Below are positions 18,497 through 28,124 of a stretch of DNA of 58,621 nucleotides, in pieces. A program made the position numbers and the translations under genes. The stretch is taken from positions 1-58,621 of the IMG/VR virus record IMGVR_UViG_3300032321_001507. The stretch is one strand, 5' to 3'. The DNA is from a virus. Lineage: Duplodnaviria > Caudoviricetes. Numbering within the stretch: the stretch's first letter is position 1; each line of letters starts with the position of its first letter. Below the pieces are notes generated by a model. The model was not told the origin of the DNA. It was given only the letters and a program-made list of their open reading frames with translations, and ran no database searches.

Positions 18497-18509
18497 TTTA
18501 AAATAAAAT

Positions 18510-19481
18510 ATGTCATTTGTAAGATATAATACAGAAGATTCAGTAATAAGTGCAGAAACCGTTGTTAAAGGTTTATTTAGTGGAGATAATAATAATTTAT
18601 CTACATTTTTTACTGCAAGTGGATTTACCGAATATTATTTAGATGTATATAATACAGGATCTACCTCTTCAGGATCATCAATCCAATTTGATATTCAATA
18701 TGGAAACGTTTATGGATCTGGATCTACCGCTATAAATGCTTCTGTTCCTGGTAATACACCAAGCAGAATAGTTTATGGTCAATATAGAAATTTAGTTTAT
18801 GGAACAGAAAATACTAATTTTAGTTTTGATGGTGGTAATACAACATCAAATGAAATTTTTATAATTAATATTTCTAGAGCAAGATACAAAGAATCTTTAT
18901 TACCTGGATCATTTAATTTAAAATTAACTAGTGGAAGTAGAACATTTAATTTAACTGATGATAGTGGTACTACTAATTTAACTCGTTTTGTTGGAGAAAA
19001 TAGATATTTTAATATTATAAGTGGTAGTAATGGTAGTGGAAGTATGTCTGATACTGTTTATTATGGTTTATTTTTTCCTGATTTAGATATTATAATATTA
19101 AATCCAAGTTCATCAATATCATCTTCTATAGGACCTGCTACTGGAACTAATAATCATTTAAGATTATTTACATCTATATCATCAGGAAGTTATGGTGTAA
19201 ATTCAGGTAGTTTTCAATTAAAATCTCAAGAAACTGTTTCATCTCGTTTCTTCTTTACTCGTGTAAAAAATAGTGATTTTAATTATACTACTAATCCATC
19301 TATTATAGATGATAATGGAAATTTATTATATACAACATTAATTAATAACCCACAAACATATATTACTACAGTAGGTATGTATAATGATAATAATGAATTA
19401 TTAGCTGTAGCTAAATTATCAAGACCTTTAATTAAAGACTTTACAAAAGAAGCTCTAATTCGAGTTAAGTTAGATTATTAA
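18510..19481 (+). CDS. baseplate/tail-fibre attachment protein
   Basis: C-terminal YITTVGMYNDNNELLAVAKLSRP; SGS/TGS-rich. Confidence 0.65.
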   Translation: MSFVRYNTEDSVISAETVVKGLFSGDNNNLSTFFTASGFTEYYLDVYNTGSTSSGSSIQFDIQYGNVYGSGSTAINASVPGNTPSRIVYGQYRNLVYGTENTNFSFDGGNTTSNEIFIINISRARYKESLLPGSFNLKLTSGSRTFNLTDDSGTTNLTRFVGENRYFNIISGSNGSGSMSDTVYYGLFFPDLDIIILNPSSSISSSIGPATGTNNHLRLFTSISSGSYGVNSGSFQLKSQETVSSRFFFTRVKNSDFNYTTNPSIIDDNGNLLYTTLINNPQTYITTVGMYNDNNELLAVAKLSRPLIKDFTKEALIRVKLDY

Positions 19482-19486
19482 TATGT

Positions 19487-21547
19487 ATGTCATCATTCAA
19501 AAAACTCAACTCTTCAGATGTTACGATAGTACCATATGCTGCTAATAAACAATGGAACTTAGATTTTTGTGCTTATCCAACTGATGACTCTTACATAACA
19601 ATTTATAAAGGTACTAAACTAACTAGTAGCTTTAATCCTGATACTGATCCTAGGACTGATGAACAATATGAAAGATTAATATATAATTCTATTAATCATT
19701 TATTTTACCAATCATATAGTGGGAGTTTATTAGATACATCCTCTTTAGCTAATTCATTATTTTATGAATCAGCATCACAACAAAAACGTACTCAATCTTA
19801 TTTTAATTATAACGAAAATCCTGCATTAATTAAAAATTTCCCATCAGGAAATTTAGAAGGTATTCGTGTATTAGCTATTAATCAAGGAATATTTGGTTCA
19901 CAAGTATTACCTTACAATTTTATATTATCTTCCTCAGCTTATTTTGTTGTTGATGATGGTAAAGGAAATTTATTTGATATTGCTAATGCTATTGGTAGTG
20001 ATTATGTTAGTGCTAGCTATGTTTCTGGAGGATATTTTACAGAATTTATAACTGGGTCTGATCATATTGGAAATATATTTTATGCTCATGGTATAGGAGT
20101 TATTACCGATCAAAATTATCAGTCAATGTTCCCATTACCACCATTAGCTAATAACGACAATTACACTTATAAATTAAGTGCTCCACAAAAACCAGTAAAT
20201 CCATTAGATAATGATATAGCTAGAAGTGGTACAATTTTACCTGCTACTATTATTTTATCTGGTAGCCAATCATCTTCCTTTAATATTCAAGCTAATGGTA
20301 CAGGTAGTATAACTGCTAGTGTTGTTGGTGTATATGAAACTTTTTATACTGTTGAAGCTAGTTTAGGTAATGGGTGTCCTAATTTAATAAGTAATCAAGC
20401 CAAAATTAGAGTAAATATTACTGATCCTGATTGTGATTTTACATTTACCGCAGTAAAAGTACCAAATCCATCACCTTCACCATCAATTTCAATTACACCT
20501 AGTATTACCTCAACCCCATCAATTACCCCTACTAGAACACCAAGTGTAACACCATCTATTTCAATCACCCCTAGTATATCACCTACTCCATCAATTACAG
20601 TAACACCTTCAATTTCAATAACTCCAAGTATATCAATTACTCCAAGTATTACTCCATCAATTACTATAACACCAAGTATAACACCAAGTATATCAATTAC
20701 TCCAAGTGTTACTCCATCAATAACACCTACAATTTCTGTTAGTCCTTCTCAAGGTACTGTACCTTCAATAACCCCTTCAGTAACTCCAAGTATTACAATA
20801 ACACCTTCAATTACTCCTAGTATATCAATAACTCCAAGTATATCAATTACACCTAGTATTTCAATTACACCTAGTATTACTCGTACTCCAAGTGTTACAC
20901 CATCAATTAGTATTACCCCAAGTATTAGTATAACACCTTCAATTTCTATTACACCTAGTATTACTCAAACACCAAGTATTACTACTACACCTAGTGTTAC
21001 TCCAAGTATATCAATTACACCATCAATATCAATAACTCCATCAATCAGTATTACTCCAAGTATTACTAGAACCCCAAGTATAACCCCTAGTATTAGTATA
21101 ACACCATCAATCAGTATTACACCTTCAATTTCCATTACACCAAGCATTAGTATTACACCAAGTATTACTAGAACTCCTAGTATTACTACAACTCCAAGTA
21201 TAACAATAACACCTAGTATTACCCGCACCCCAAGTATAACACCTTCACCATCAACACCAGTTACTCAAATACAATGGCAATTTGTACAAATTAGTACTGG
21301 TATTATGACTGTAAATTATAATAGTATAACATCCTCCGGTAATATTAATTTACAATCAGCTTCTTTATCACCAACATCTCAAACTATAGTAGCTAACGTA
21401 GATTCTTTATTTGATTTAGGAGCTTATATTGATTATTATTTAAATGGTTCATTTGTAACTACTTATACAGATGCTACTACAGCTACAACAGGAAACATAT
21501 CAACATCAGCAGGAAATATTTATAAATTTATTGGAAGTACAGGTTAA
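19487..21547 (+). CDS. virion protein with long mucin-like (TPSISI)n tract
   Basis: 686 aa; N-terminal part paralogous to 18510 ORF; about 265 aa of T/P/S/I repeats. Confidence 0.8.
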   Translation: MSSFKKLNSSDVTIVPYAANKQWNLDFCAYPTDDSYITIYKGTKLTSSFNPDTDPRTDEQYERLIYNSINHLFYQSYSGSLLDTSSLANSLFYESASQQKRTQSYFNYNENPALIKNFPSGNLEGIRVLAINQGIFGSQVLPYNFILSSSAYFVVDDGKGNLFDIANAIGSDYVSASYVSGGYFTEFITGSDHIGNIFYAHGIGVITDQNYQSMFPLPPLANNDNYTYKLSAPQKPVNPLDNDIARSGTILPATIILSGSQSSSFNIQANGTGSITASVVGVYETFYTVEASLGNGCPNLISNQAKIRVNITDPDCDFTFTAVKVPNPSPSPSISITPSITSTPSITPTRTPSVTPSISITPSISPTPSITVTPSISITPSISITPSITPSITITPSITPSISITPSVTPSITPTISVSPSQGTVPSITPSVTPSITITPSITPSISITPSISITPSISITPSITRTPSVTPSISITPSISITPSISITPSITQTPSITTTPSVTPSISITPSISITPSISITPSITRTPSITPSISITPSISITPSISITPSISITPSITRTPSITTTPSITITPSITRTPSITPSPSTPVTQIQWQFVQISTGIMTVNYNSITSSGNINLQSASLSPTSQTIVANVDSLFDLGAYIDYYLNGSFVTTYTDATTATTGNISTSAGNIYKFIGSTG
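20462..21259 (+). repeat. coding tandem repeat (TPSISI/TPSITR hexapeptides)
   Basis: mostly 18-nt period with synonymous variation. Confidence 0.9.
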
Positions 21548-21565
21548 AAATAAAATAAAATAAAA

Positions 21566-21817
21566 ATGGAAATATTAACAACAACAACAGTAGAAGAAAA
21601 AACATTAACAGTAGGAGATTCTTGGAATATAGGTAACAGTACTATTGTCTACTTGAAAGAACTTTTTGATATTGATGGGGAAATATATATGGCAACAACC
21701 ATTAACAATCAACCTATTGATATTAAAATCAATAGAACACAAGAAACATATCAATCAAACAGATATGTAATATCTGCTAAAAAATGGGTAAGTGAAAATA
21801 TTCACTTATTTAATTAA
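21566..21817 (+). CDS. hypothetical protein
   Basis: 83-aa ORF. Confidence 0.7.
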   Translation: MEILTTTTVEEKTLTVGDSWNIGNSTIVYLKELFDIDGEIYMATTINNQPIDIKINRTQETYQSNRYVISAKKWVSENIHLFN

Positions 21818-21831
21818 TATTTATACAATAT

Positions 21832-22635
21832 ATGAGTAAGAGTTTTTTAATAACACTATCAGGAACAACACCAGGTCCCTTTGACATTTACCTAGATTCG
21901 GTAAGTGCGGGCAATCTTCTGTTAAGTAATGTTGATAGTGGAAGTTTATTAGGTGGTTACACTATTACAACTCCTGATAGTTCTTCATTTGTTGTATTAA
22001 AAAACAAAGCGAATGGTTGTGGAAATACATCCATAGTTAGTATTGTTGATCCATCACCATCTCCAACACAAACAGCAACTCCAACAGTTACTCCAAGCAT
22101 TACTCCAAGCATTACTCCAAGTATTACCAGCACACCTTCACTTACTCCAAGTATTACTATAACACCAACGCGTACTACTAGTGTTAGTGTTACACCATCT
22201 ATTACACCAAGTATTACTATTTCACCAAGTAAAACACCTACGCCAACCGTAACTAGAACACCTACTCCATCACCACAGAAAATTCCTACTTGTTTAGCAT
22301 ATAGTAGTTCATTTGGTACTAGTAATGTAAGTTGTTTCATTGGAGGTCAAGAATTTATTCAAACAGAACAACAAAATACAGATTTCTTTGTATTAAAAGA
22401 TCAATATGGTGTTGCAATTAACGCTCCTTCAACAATTACAATAATAGCTACTTATACACTTACTTATGCTGGTGGTGGTAGTACTACAATAAACCATACA
22501 TTTACTATTACTGCAGGAACTAATACATCTGATAGTTATTTCTACCTTGCAAACCAAATTTACCCAGATTGTAATGAACAAACTCAAGGATTCTCTTATA
22601 TAAATTCATCTTCACCTTATTTCCCACAATGTTAA
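21832..22635 (+). CDS. virion protein with TPS-rich linker
   Basis: GPFDIY N-domain, TPSI repeats 22051-22275, Cys-containing C-domain; late motif at 21817. Confidence 0.75.
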   Translation: MSKSFLITLSGTTPGPFDIYLDSVSAGNLLLSNVDSGSLLGGYTITTPDSSSFVVLKNKANGCGNTSIVSIVDPSPSPTQTATPTVTPSITPSITPSITSTPSLTPSITITPTRTTSVSVTPSITPSITISPSKTPTPTVTRTPTPSPQKIPTCLAYSSSFGTSNVSCFIGGQEFIQTEQQNTDFFVLKDQYGVAINAPSTITIIATYTLTYAGGGSTTINHTFTITAGTNTSDSYFYLANQIYPDCNEQTQGFSYINSSSPYFPQC

Positions 22636-22647
22636 TAAAATTATAAT

Positions 22648-22950
22648 ATGGCAATAACTTACACAGGATCCTTTAATTTATCATTCAAAAATGAGCATAT
22701 CATTTATGAAAATGAGATACGCTGTGTTGTTAAGGAAAGTGAATTTAACCTAAGTTATAACCCATCTCTAACATCAGACGAAAGTGGATCTCTATATGGA
22801 TTTGCTACATCATCATCATTTAATCCTTACGTTACAACATTAGGACTATATAATGATAATAACGAATTATTAGCAGTAGCTAAGTTCGGAAAACCACTTC
22901 TAATATCTCCAGATACAGATATGACGTTTGTAGTTAAATACGATTTATAA
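22648..22950 (+). CDS. paralog of the 18510 C-terminal domain
   Basis: YVTTLGLYNDNNELLAVAKFGKP. Confidence 0.8.
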   Translation: MAITYTGSFNLSFKNEHIIYENEIRCVVKESEFNLSYNPSLTSDESGSLYGFATSSSFNPYVTTLGLYNDNNELLAVAKFGKPLLISPDTDMTFVVKYDL

Positions 22951-22965
22951 AATAAAAATAAAGTT

Positions 22966-23418
22966 ATGTTACAAGTCACTACAGTTGATGAATTAATCAA
23001 CAATGAAAATTTTGATATTAATGAATATGAAGGTTATATCTATATAACCACAATTCTAGATACTGGTAGAAAATATATTGGTAAAAAGAATTTCTTTCAT
23101 AATACTAACGTTAAATTAGGTAAAAAAGAATTAGCGAATTTACCTACTGCTCGTGGTAAAAAACCATCTAAAAAGAAAGTTACTAAAGAATCTGATTGGA
23201 AAACATATTATGGTTCTGCTCAAGAAATCAAAGATAGCGTTAAACAATACCCAAAAGAATGCATTACACGTACTTTAATTCGTTTGTGTAAATCCAAGAA
23301 AGAATTAACATATTACGAATGTAAATACTTATTTGATTATAATGTATTAGAACCTAATAGCGGATTTATTAATGATAATATACTAGGCAAATTTTATAGT
23401 AAAGACTTGGTTGTCTGA
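22966..23418 (+). CDS. GIY-YIG endonuclease
   Basis: GYIYITT...GRKYIGKK...ESDWKTYYGS...E...N.NI. Confidence 0.85.
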   Translation: MLQVTTVDELINNENFDINEYEGYIYITTILDTGRKYIGKKNFFHNTNVKLGKKELANLPTARGKKPSKKKVTKESDWKTYYGSAQEIKDSVKQYPKECITRTLIRLCKSKKELTYYECKYLFDYNVLEPNSGFINDNILGKFYSKDLVV

Positions 23419-23442
23419 GCTAATGTCAGTATATTTCGCCTA

Positions 23443-24396
23443 ATGGAAAATGCTGCTTTAATAGTATTATTGGAATCTATACTGGGAAAAGGCCAATCAA
23501 CAAGCAAAGGTAACTATGCTTTTAATTGTCCTCTTTGTACTCATCACAAACCAAAATTAGAAATTAATTTAAAAACAAATGCTAAGAAGGAAAATCCATG
23601 GCATTGTTGGATATGTGATTCTAAAGGTAAAACTATTAGATCATTGTTCAAAGCAATTAAAGCACCATCAAATAAATTATCCGAATTAAAATTAATTATA
23701 CAACCAGGAGCTAGAGAAGAATATACTACTCATGAAGCTATTGAATTACCTAAAGAATTTATTCCATTAAGTAATTTAACAGCACAAGTAATTAAAGATA
23801 AAGTTACACAAATTGAATCAAAACATGCGTTTAGATTCTTAAAACAAAGAGGTATTATGCCTGAAGATATTATTAAATATAATATTGGATTTTGTAATGA
23901 TGGTCCATATGGAGGCAGAGTAATTATTCCCTCATATGATGATAATGGTAGATTAAATTATTTTATAGCCAGAGACTATAAAGGATTATCACCAAGAAAA
24001 TATAAAAATCCACCAATGTCTGTAAAAGACATTATTGGTTTTGAATTATATATAAATTGGAATGCTCCAATTATACTATGTGAAGGTATGTTTGATGCCC
24101 TTACAATTAAAAGAAATGTTATACCTTTATTCGGTAAGGTATTACATCAAAAGTTAATGACAAAATTAGTTAAATCCGAAGTAGATAAAATTTATATAGC
24201 CTTAGATAAAGATGCTATTAAAGATGCTTTAAAACACTGTGAGAAATTAATGTCTTATGGTAAACAAGTATATTTGGTAGAGATGGAGGGAAAAGATGCA
24301 AACGAAATAGGCTTTGAAAGTTTCTTAAACACAATAGAAAATACATATCCGTTAACTTTCCATGGATTGTTAGCAAAAAAACTAGAATCAATATGA
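23443..24396 (+). CDS. dnaG: DNA primase (Zn finger + TOPRIM)
   Basis: CPLC...WHCWIC zinc finger; ILCEGMFDA and IALDKDA TOPRIM acidic motifs. Confidence 0.92.
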   Translation: MENAALIVLLESILGKGQSTSKGNYAFNCPLCTHHKPKLEINLKTNAKKENPWHCWICDSKGKTIRSLFKAIKAPSNKLSELKLIIQPGAREEYTTHEAIELPKEFIPLSNLTAQVIKDKVTQIESKHAFRFLKQRGIMPEDIIKYNIGFCNDGPYGGRVIIPSYDDNGRLNYFIARDYKGLSPRKYKNPPMSVKDIIGFELYINWNAPIILCEGMFDALTIKRNVIPLFGKVLHQKLMTKLVKSEVDKIYIALDKDAIKDALKHCEKLMSYGKQVYLVEMEGKDANEIGFESFLNTIENTYPLTFHGLLAKKLESI

Positions 24397-25187
24397 TCGA
24401 AAAAACCAACAACATTCTAAAAGACAAAAAAATTAAACGTATTTTAGAATACAATGATGATTCCAAACAGATTACTATAGGTGATCAACGTTTTTACCAA
24501 AGAAAACCAAAAACATTTTATCCATCTGTAACGTATGTTTTATCATATTTTCCAAAAGGTAAGTTTTTTGAAAATTGGATGAAAGATGTAGGACACAATT
24601 CAGATATTATTGCTAGAAAAGCAGCTGATGAAGGTACTGAAACTCACGAAGCAATTGAAAAATTCTTAAATGGTGAAGAATTAGTTTGGATTGATGAATA
24701 TGGTAAAGCAAAATATAATTTGATAGTATGGCAAATGATTCTACGTTTTGCTGATTTTTGGAATACAGTTAAACCTAGATTAATTGCAACTGAACAACAT
24801 ATATTCTCAGATGAATACAAATATGCTGGTACAATCGATTTAGTAGTAGAGATTGATGGTAAAATTTGTTTGTTAGATATTAAAACATCTAATTCACTTC
24901 ATACATCATATGATTTACAATTAGCAGCTTATGCTCAAGCATGGAATGAAAATTTTGATACCCCAATTGAACAAGTTGGTATTATTTGGTTAAAATCAAG
25001 TTCCCGAGGAGCTGATAAATCAGGTAAAAAACTTCAAGGTGATGGATGGGCATTAAAAACCCCACATAATACTTATCAAGAAAATTTACAATCATTCTTA
25101 AAAGTTTATGATATATTCAAACTAGAAAATCCAGACATGAAACCATATAGTGAAAAATTACCAATATCAATTAAATTAGAATCTTAA
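24393..25187 (+). CDS. PD-(D/E)XK exonuclease
   Basis: YPSVT; GT..HEAIE; YAGTIDL...LLDIKTS; LQLAAY. Confidence 0.9.
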   Translation: MIEKTNNILKDKKIKRILEYNDDSKQITIGDQRFYQRKPKTFYPSVTYVLSYFPKGKFFENWMKDVGHNSDIIARKAADEGTETHEAIEKFLNGEELVWIDEYGKAKYNLIVWQMILRFADFWNTVKPRLIATEQHIFSDEYKYAGTIDLVVEIDGKICLLDIKTSNSLHTSYDLQLAAYAQAWNENFDTPIEQVGIIWLKSSSRGADKSGKKLQGDGWALKTPHNTYQENLQSFLKVYDIFKLENPDMKPYSEKLPISIKLES

Positions 25188-25267
25188 AATAAATGTGAGT
25201 TGTCACAACTCCTCTATTATATTTAATCATATTAATTAATTAAAAACAAAAACAAAAAAAACACGTT

Positions 25268-25456
25268 ATGAAAAAATCAATTTTATTTTTAGCTGTAGCA
25301 ACATTAGGTTTTGCTGCTTGTACTTCAACAAATTCATCTTCAACCACTACCCCAACAACTGATTCAACTGTTGTTGATACTGCTGCTGTTGTTGATTCAA
25401 CTGCTGTAACTGCAACCAACCCAACTACTGCTGAAATCGCTACTGAAGCTAAATAA
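25268..25456 (+). CDS. small lipoprotein with S/T-rich tail
   Basis: signal peptide II MKKSILFLAVATLGFAA|C; DST, DTA, DST motifs. Confidence 0.8.
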   Translation: MKKSILFLAVATLGFAACTSTNSSSTTTPTTDSTVVDTAAVVDSTAVTATNPTTAEIATEAK

Positions 25457-25486
25457 TAATTTAGTTTAAAGATTGAATATTTATAG

Positions 25487-25512
25487 GGGTGATTTGATTA
25501 GTCAAGTCACCC
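25487..25512 (+). terminator. stem-loop after lipoprotein gene
   Basis: GGGTGATTTGA-TTAG-TCAAGTCACCC. Confidence 0.55.
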
Positions 25513-25530
25513 TTATTATATTTATATAGC

Positions 25531-26292
25531 ATGATCAAATTAGTAGACATATTAAGAGAAATAGCAGAAAAACCAAAAGCAATATTCCTAGCGGGTCCCG
25601 CAGGTTCTGGCAAAAGTTTCACACTTAAAACGTTAATTCAACCCGATCAATTCAAGGTCATAAATGTAGATGACACATATGAGGAATTGTTAAAAACGGC
25701 TGGTTTAGGTATGTCTCAAAAAGATTTTGGTCCTGAAGATCTATCAAAAGCTGCTCAATTAATGGGTCAAGCTCAAAAAACTACTAAGGAAAAATATGCT
25801 CAATTGTCTCAAGAAAGACAAAATATTATAATTGATGGTACTGGTGCAGCAATTAAACCAGTATTAAAGAAAAAACAAGAATTAGAGGATTTAGGATACG
25901 AAACATTCATGATTATGATTTGGGTTTCTCCTATGACTTCATTAGAACGCAATGCATCTCGCGAACGTGCTTTATTACCACAAATTGTAACACGCACTTG
26001 GAGAGATGTAAATAAAAATATAGAAGGTTATAGAGACACATTTGGAAACAATTTTACAATAATTAACAATGATCCTGAAAACGCACAAACTGGATATAAC
26101 GCTGAACAAGTTAAAAAATTATTTTTTGATACCGCTACATTTAAAGGAAAACCAAAAACACCCGAAGAAGCGGCTAAAGCTAAAGCAGACAGAGAACAAT
26201 TAACTAACGATATAGAACAGCTAGTCCAAACAACTCCTGAGTTTGATACAATAGATCAAGCAAAATCAAAAATTAACAGCTTTACACAATGA
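25531..26292 (+). CDS. P-loop kinase (zeta-toxin/AAA_33-like) with MIKL..E leader
   Basis: GPAGSGKS Walker A, INVDD, IIIDGTG; leader MIKLVDILRE. Confidence 0.85.
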   Translation: MIKLVDILREIAEKPKAIFLAGPAGSGKSFTLKTLIQPDQFKVINVDDTYEELLKTAGLGMSQKDFGPEDLSKAAQLMGQAQKTTKEKYAQLSQERQNIIIDGTGAAIKPVLKKKQELEDLGYETFMIMIWVSPMTSLERNASRERALLPQIVTRTWRDVNKNIEGYRDTFGNNFTIINNDPENAQTGYNAEQVKKLFFDTATFKGKPKTPEEAAKAKADREQLTNDIEQLVQTTPEFDTIDQAKSKINSFTQ

Positions 26293-28121
26293 ATTTAGGC
26301 GAATATTTAGTAAATCTTTTATTAGAACAAGACCAAAAAACAATAGCATTGTTTCCTGGTGCTTTTAAACCACCACATAAAGGACATTTTTCTGTAGTTA
26401 AGGATTTAGCTGATCAAGCTGATGAAGTGGTTGTATTGATTTCACCTAAACAACGAGAAGGTATTTCTGCTGAAGAAAGTTTTGCAGCATGGGAATTATA
26501 CGATACTTTATTACCTGATAATGTTTCTTTTAGAATTGCTGTAGAAAGCCCAGTTTCTGAAACCTATGATGTTGTTAAAAACAATCCAGATACTAAATTT
26601 ATAGTTGCTTTTGGTAAAGGTGAAATAGATAGATTTAAACAAATTCAAACAACAGATAAATACCCTAATGCTACTGTGTATGATGCAGGTGAGGCTGAAC
26701 AAGGCATTAATGCTACTGGATTACGTAATGCCTTAGGTAGTAATCAAAATATAGAAGAATTTCTTCCTGATGGTATTAGTGCTATTGATTTTAAAAGTGC
26801 ATTAGGTTTAAAACAACCACTAAAAGAATCACCTCCACTTGAATTTGAACAAGATGATTATCAAGATTATATATTAGCTAATAGATCAGCTGTTGAAAAA
26901 GCAGCTGCTAATTTTAATTTACCAATTGATGATATGGAGTATGCTTTTAATGCTGGTACTCCTGTTGTGTTAGGTGATGATGTTTGGTCTAAATTACAAA
27001 ATACTAATTCATTTAATATTGAAAATTTAGAGCATGCTATAAGATATGCTCACGATAGAAAAATTAAAGTAAAACCATATATTTTAGCAATTAAAAAAGG
27101 TGAAGAATTACCATTACCATTAATGTTAAATTACGGTCAAGGTAAATATTGGTTAGTTGCTGGTGAAGTTATTTTAGCATTATATAGAGCTTTAAAAGTT
27201 ACTCCTACTGTACTACAAGCAAATTTAAATTTAATGGAAAGTTTAAATGAGAATAAACAAAAAAAAACATCTCATTTAACCGACGAAAAAAAACAACTCA
27301 TTAAAGAATTTGTTAAATATGTTGCTAAAGAATTAGAATTAAAAACATTACCACAAATTAAATTATCCACAAATAATGCCGAAGTAAAAGAACGTCGTTC
27401 ATTTGGATATTTTAGACCCGGAGATAACAATATTTGGGTTTATACTAAAAACCGTAATATGGCTGATATGTTAAGAACATTAGCTCATGAAATGGTTCAT
27501 CATAAACAAGCCGAAGACGGTAGAATTGACATGAATTCAGGTGAAACTGGATCTGAAATTGAAAACGAAGCAAACGCTAAAGCAGGAGTAATATTACGTA
27601 AGTTTGGTAAAACTCATGAAATGATTTATGAAGGTTTAAAAACCGAAGTAAAAGAAAAATACGAACTATATTGCGATATGGATGGAGTATTAGTTGATTT
27701 TGAACGTGGATATGAAGAATTAACTGGTAAAAATATTAGAGGAAATCACGTTAAAGGTGATGGAGATTTTTGGCAACCAATTACTGATGCCGGCGTTGAA
27801 TTCTGGACTAAATTAAAATGGATGTCTGATGGAAAACAATTATGGGACTATATAAAAAAACACAAACCAAATCTACTATCAGCACCTTCAAGAGAAGAAT
27901 CATCGAGAATAGGAAAACATATTTGGGTAGAAAACAATATACCAGGAGTGAATCTAATATTGAGAGCAGCAGATAAAAAACAAGAATTTGCTTCTCCAAA
28001 CGCTATATTAATTGATGATAGAGCTGATAACGTACAAAGATGGAAAGATGCTGGTGGTGTAGGAATTTTACATACATCAGCAGAAAATACAATAAACGAA
28101 CTAGAAAAATTAGGGTTATAA
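26289..28121 (+). CDS. multidomain protein: HxGH nucleotidyltransferase + ParB-like + zincin + HAD 5'-nucleotidase
   Basis: PGAFKPPHKGH; HEMVH..Q...E.EAN; YCDMDGVLVDF...ILIDD; the ParB-like call is weak. Confidence 0.8.
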   Translation: MNLGEYLVNLLLEQDQKTIALFPGAFKPPHKGHFSVVKDLADQADEVVVLISPKQREGISAEESFAAWELYDTLLPDNVSFRIAVESPVSETYDVVKNNPDTKFIVAFGKGEIDRFKQIQTTDKYPNATVYDAGEAEQGINATGLRNALGSNQNIEEFLPDGISAIDFKSALGLKQPLKESPPLEFEQDDYQDYILANRSAVEKAAANFNLPIDDMEYAFNAGTPVVLGDDVWSKLQNTNSFNIENLEHAIRYAHDRKIKVKPYILAIKKGEELPLPLMLNYGQGKYWLVAGEVILALYRALKVTPTVLQANLNLMESLNENKQKKTSHLTDEKKQLIKEFVKYVAKELELKTLPQIKLSTNNAEVKERRSFGYFRPGDNNIWVYTKNRNMADMLRTLAHEMVHHKQAEDGRIDMNSGETGSEIENEANAKAGVILRKFGKTHEMIYEGLKTEVKEKYELYCDMDGVLVDFERGYEELTGKNIRGNHVKGDGDFWQPITDAGVEFWTKLKWMSDGKQLWDYIKKHKPNLLSAPSREESSRIGKHIWVENNIPGVNLILRAADKKQEFASPNAILIDDRADNVQRWKDAGGVGILHTSAENTINELEKLGL

Positions 28122-28124
28122 TTT

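Noticed and set aside
25531-26292. Zeta toxin of a toxin-antitoxin pair
   Set aside because: Only the generic P-loop kinase motifs are visible, no antitoxin is adjacent, and the context is a late phage operon.
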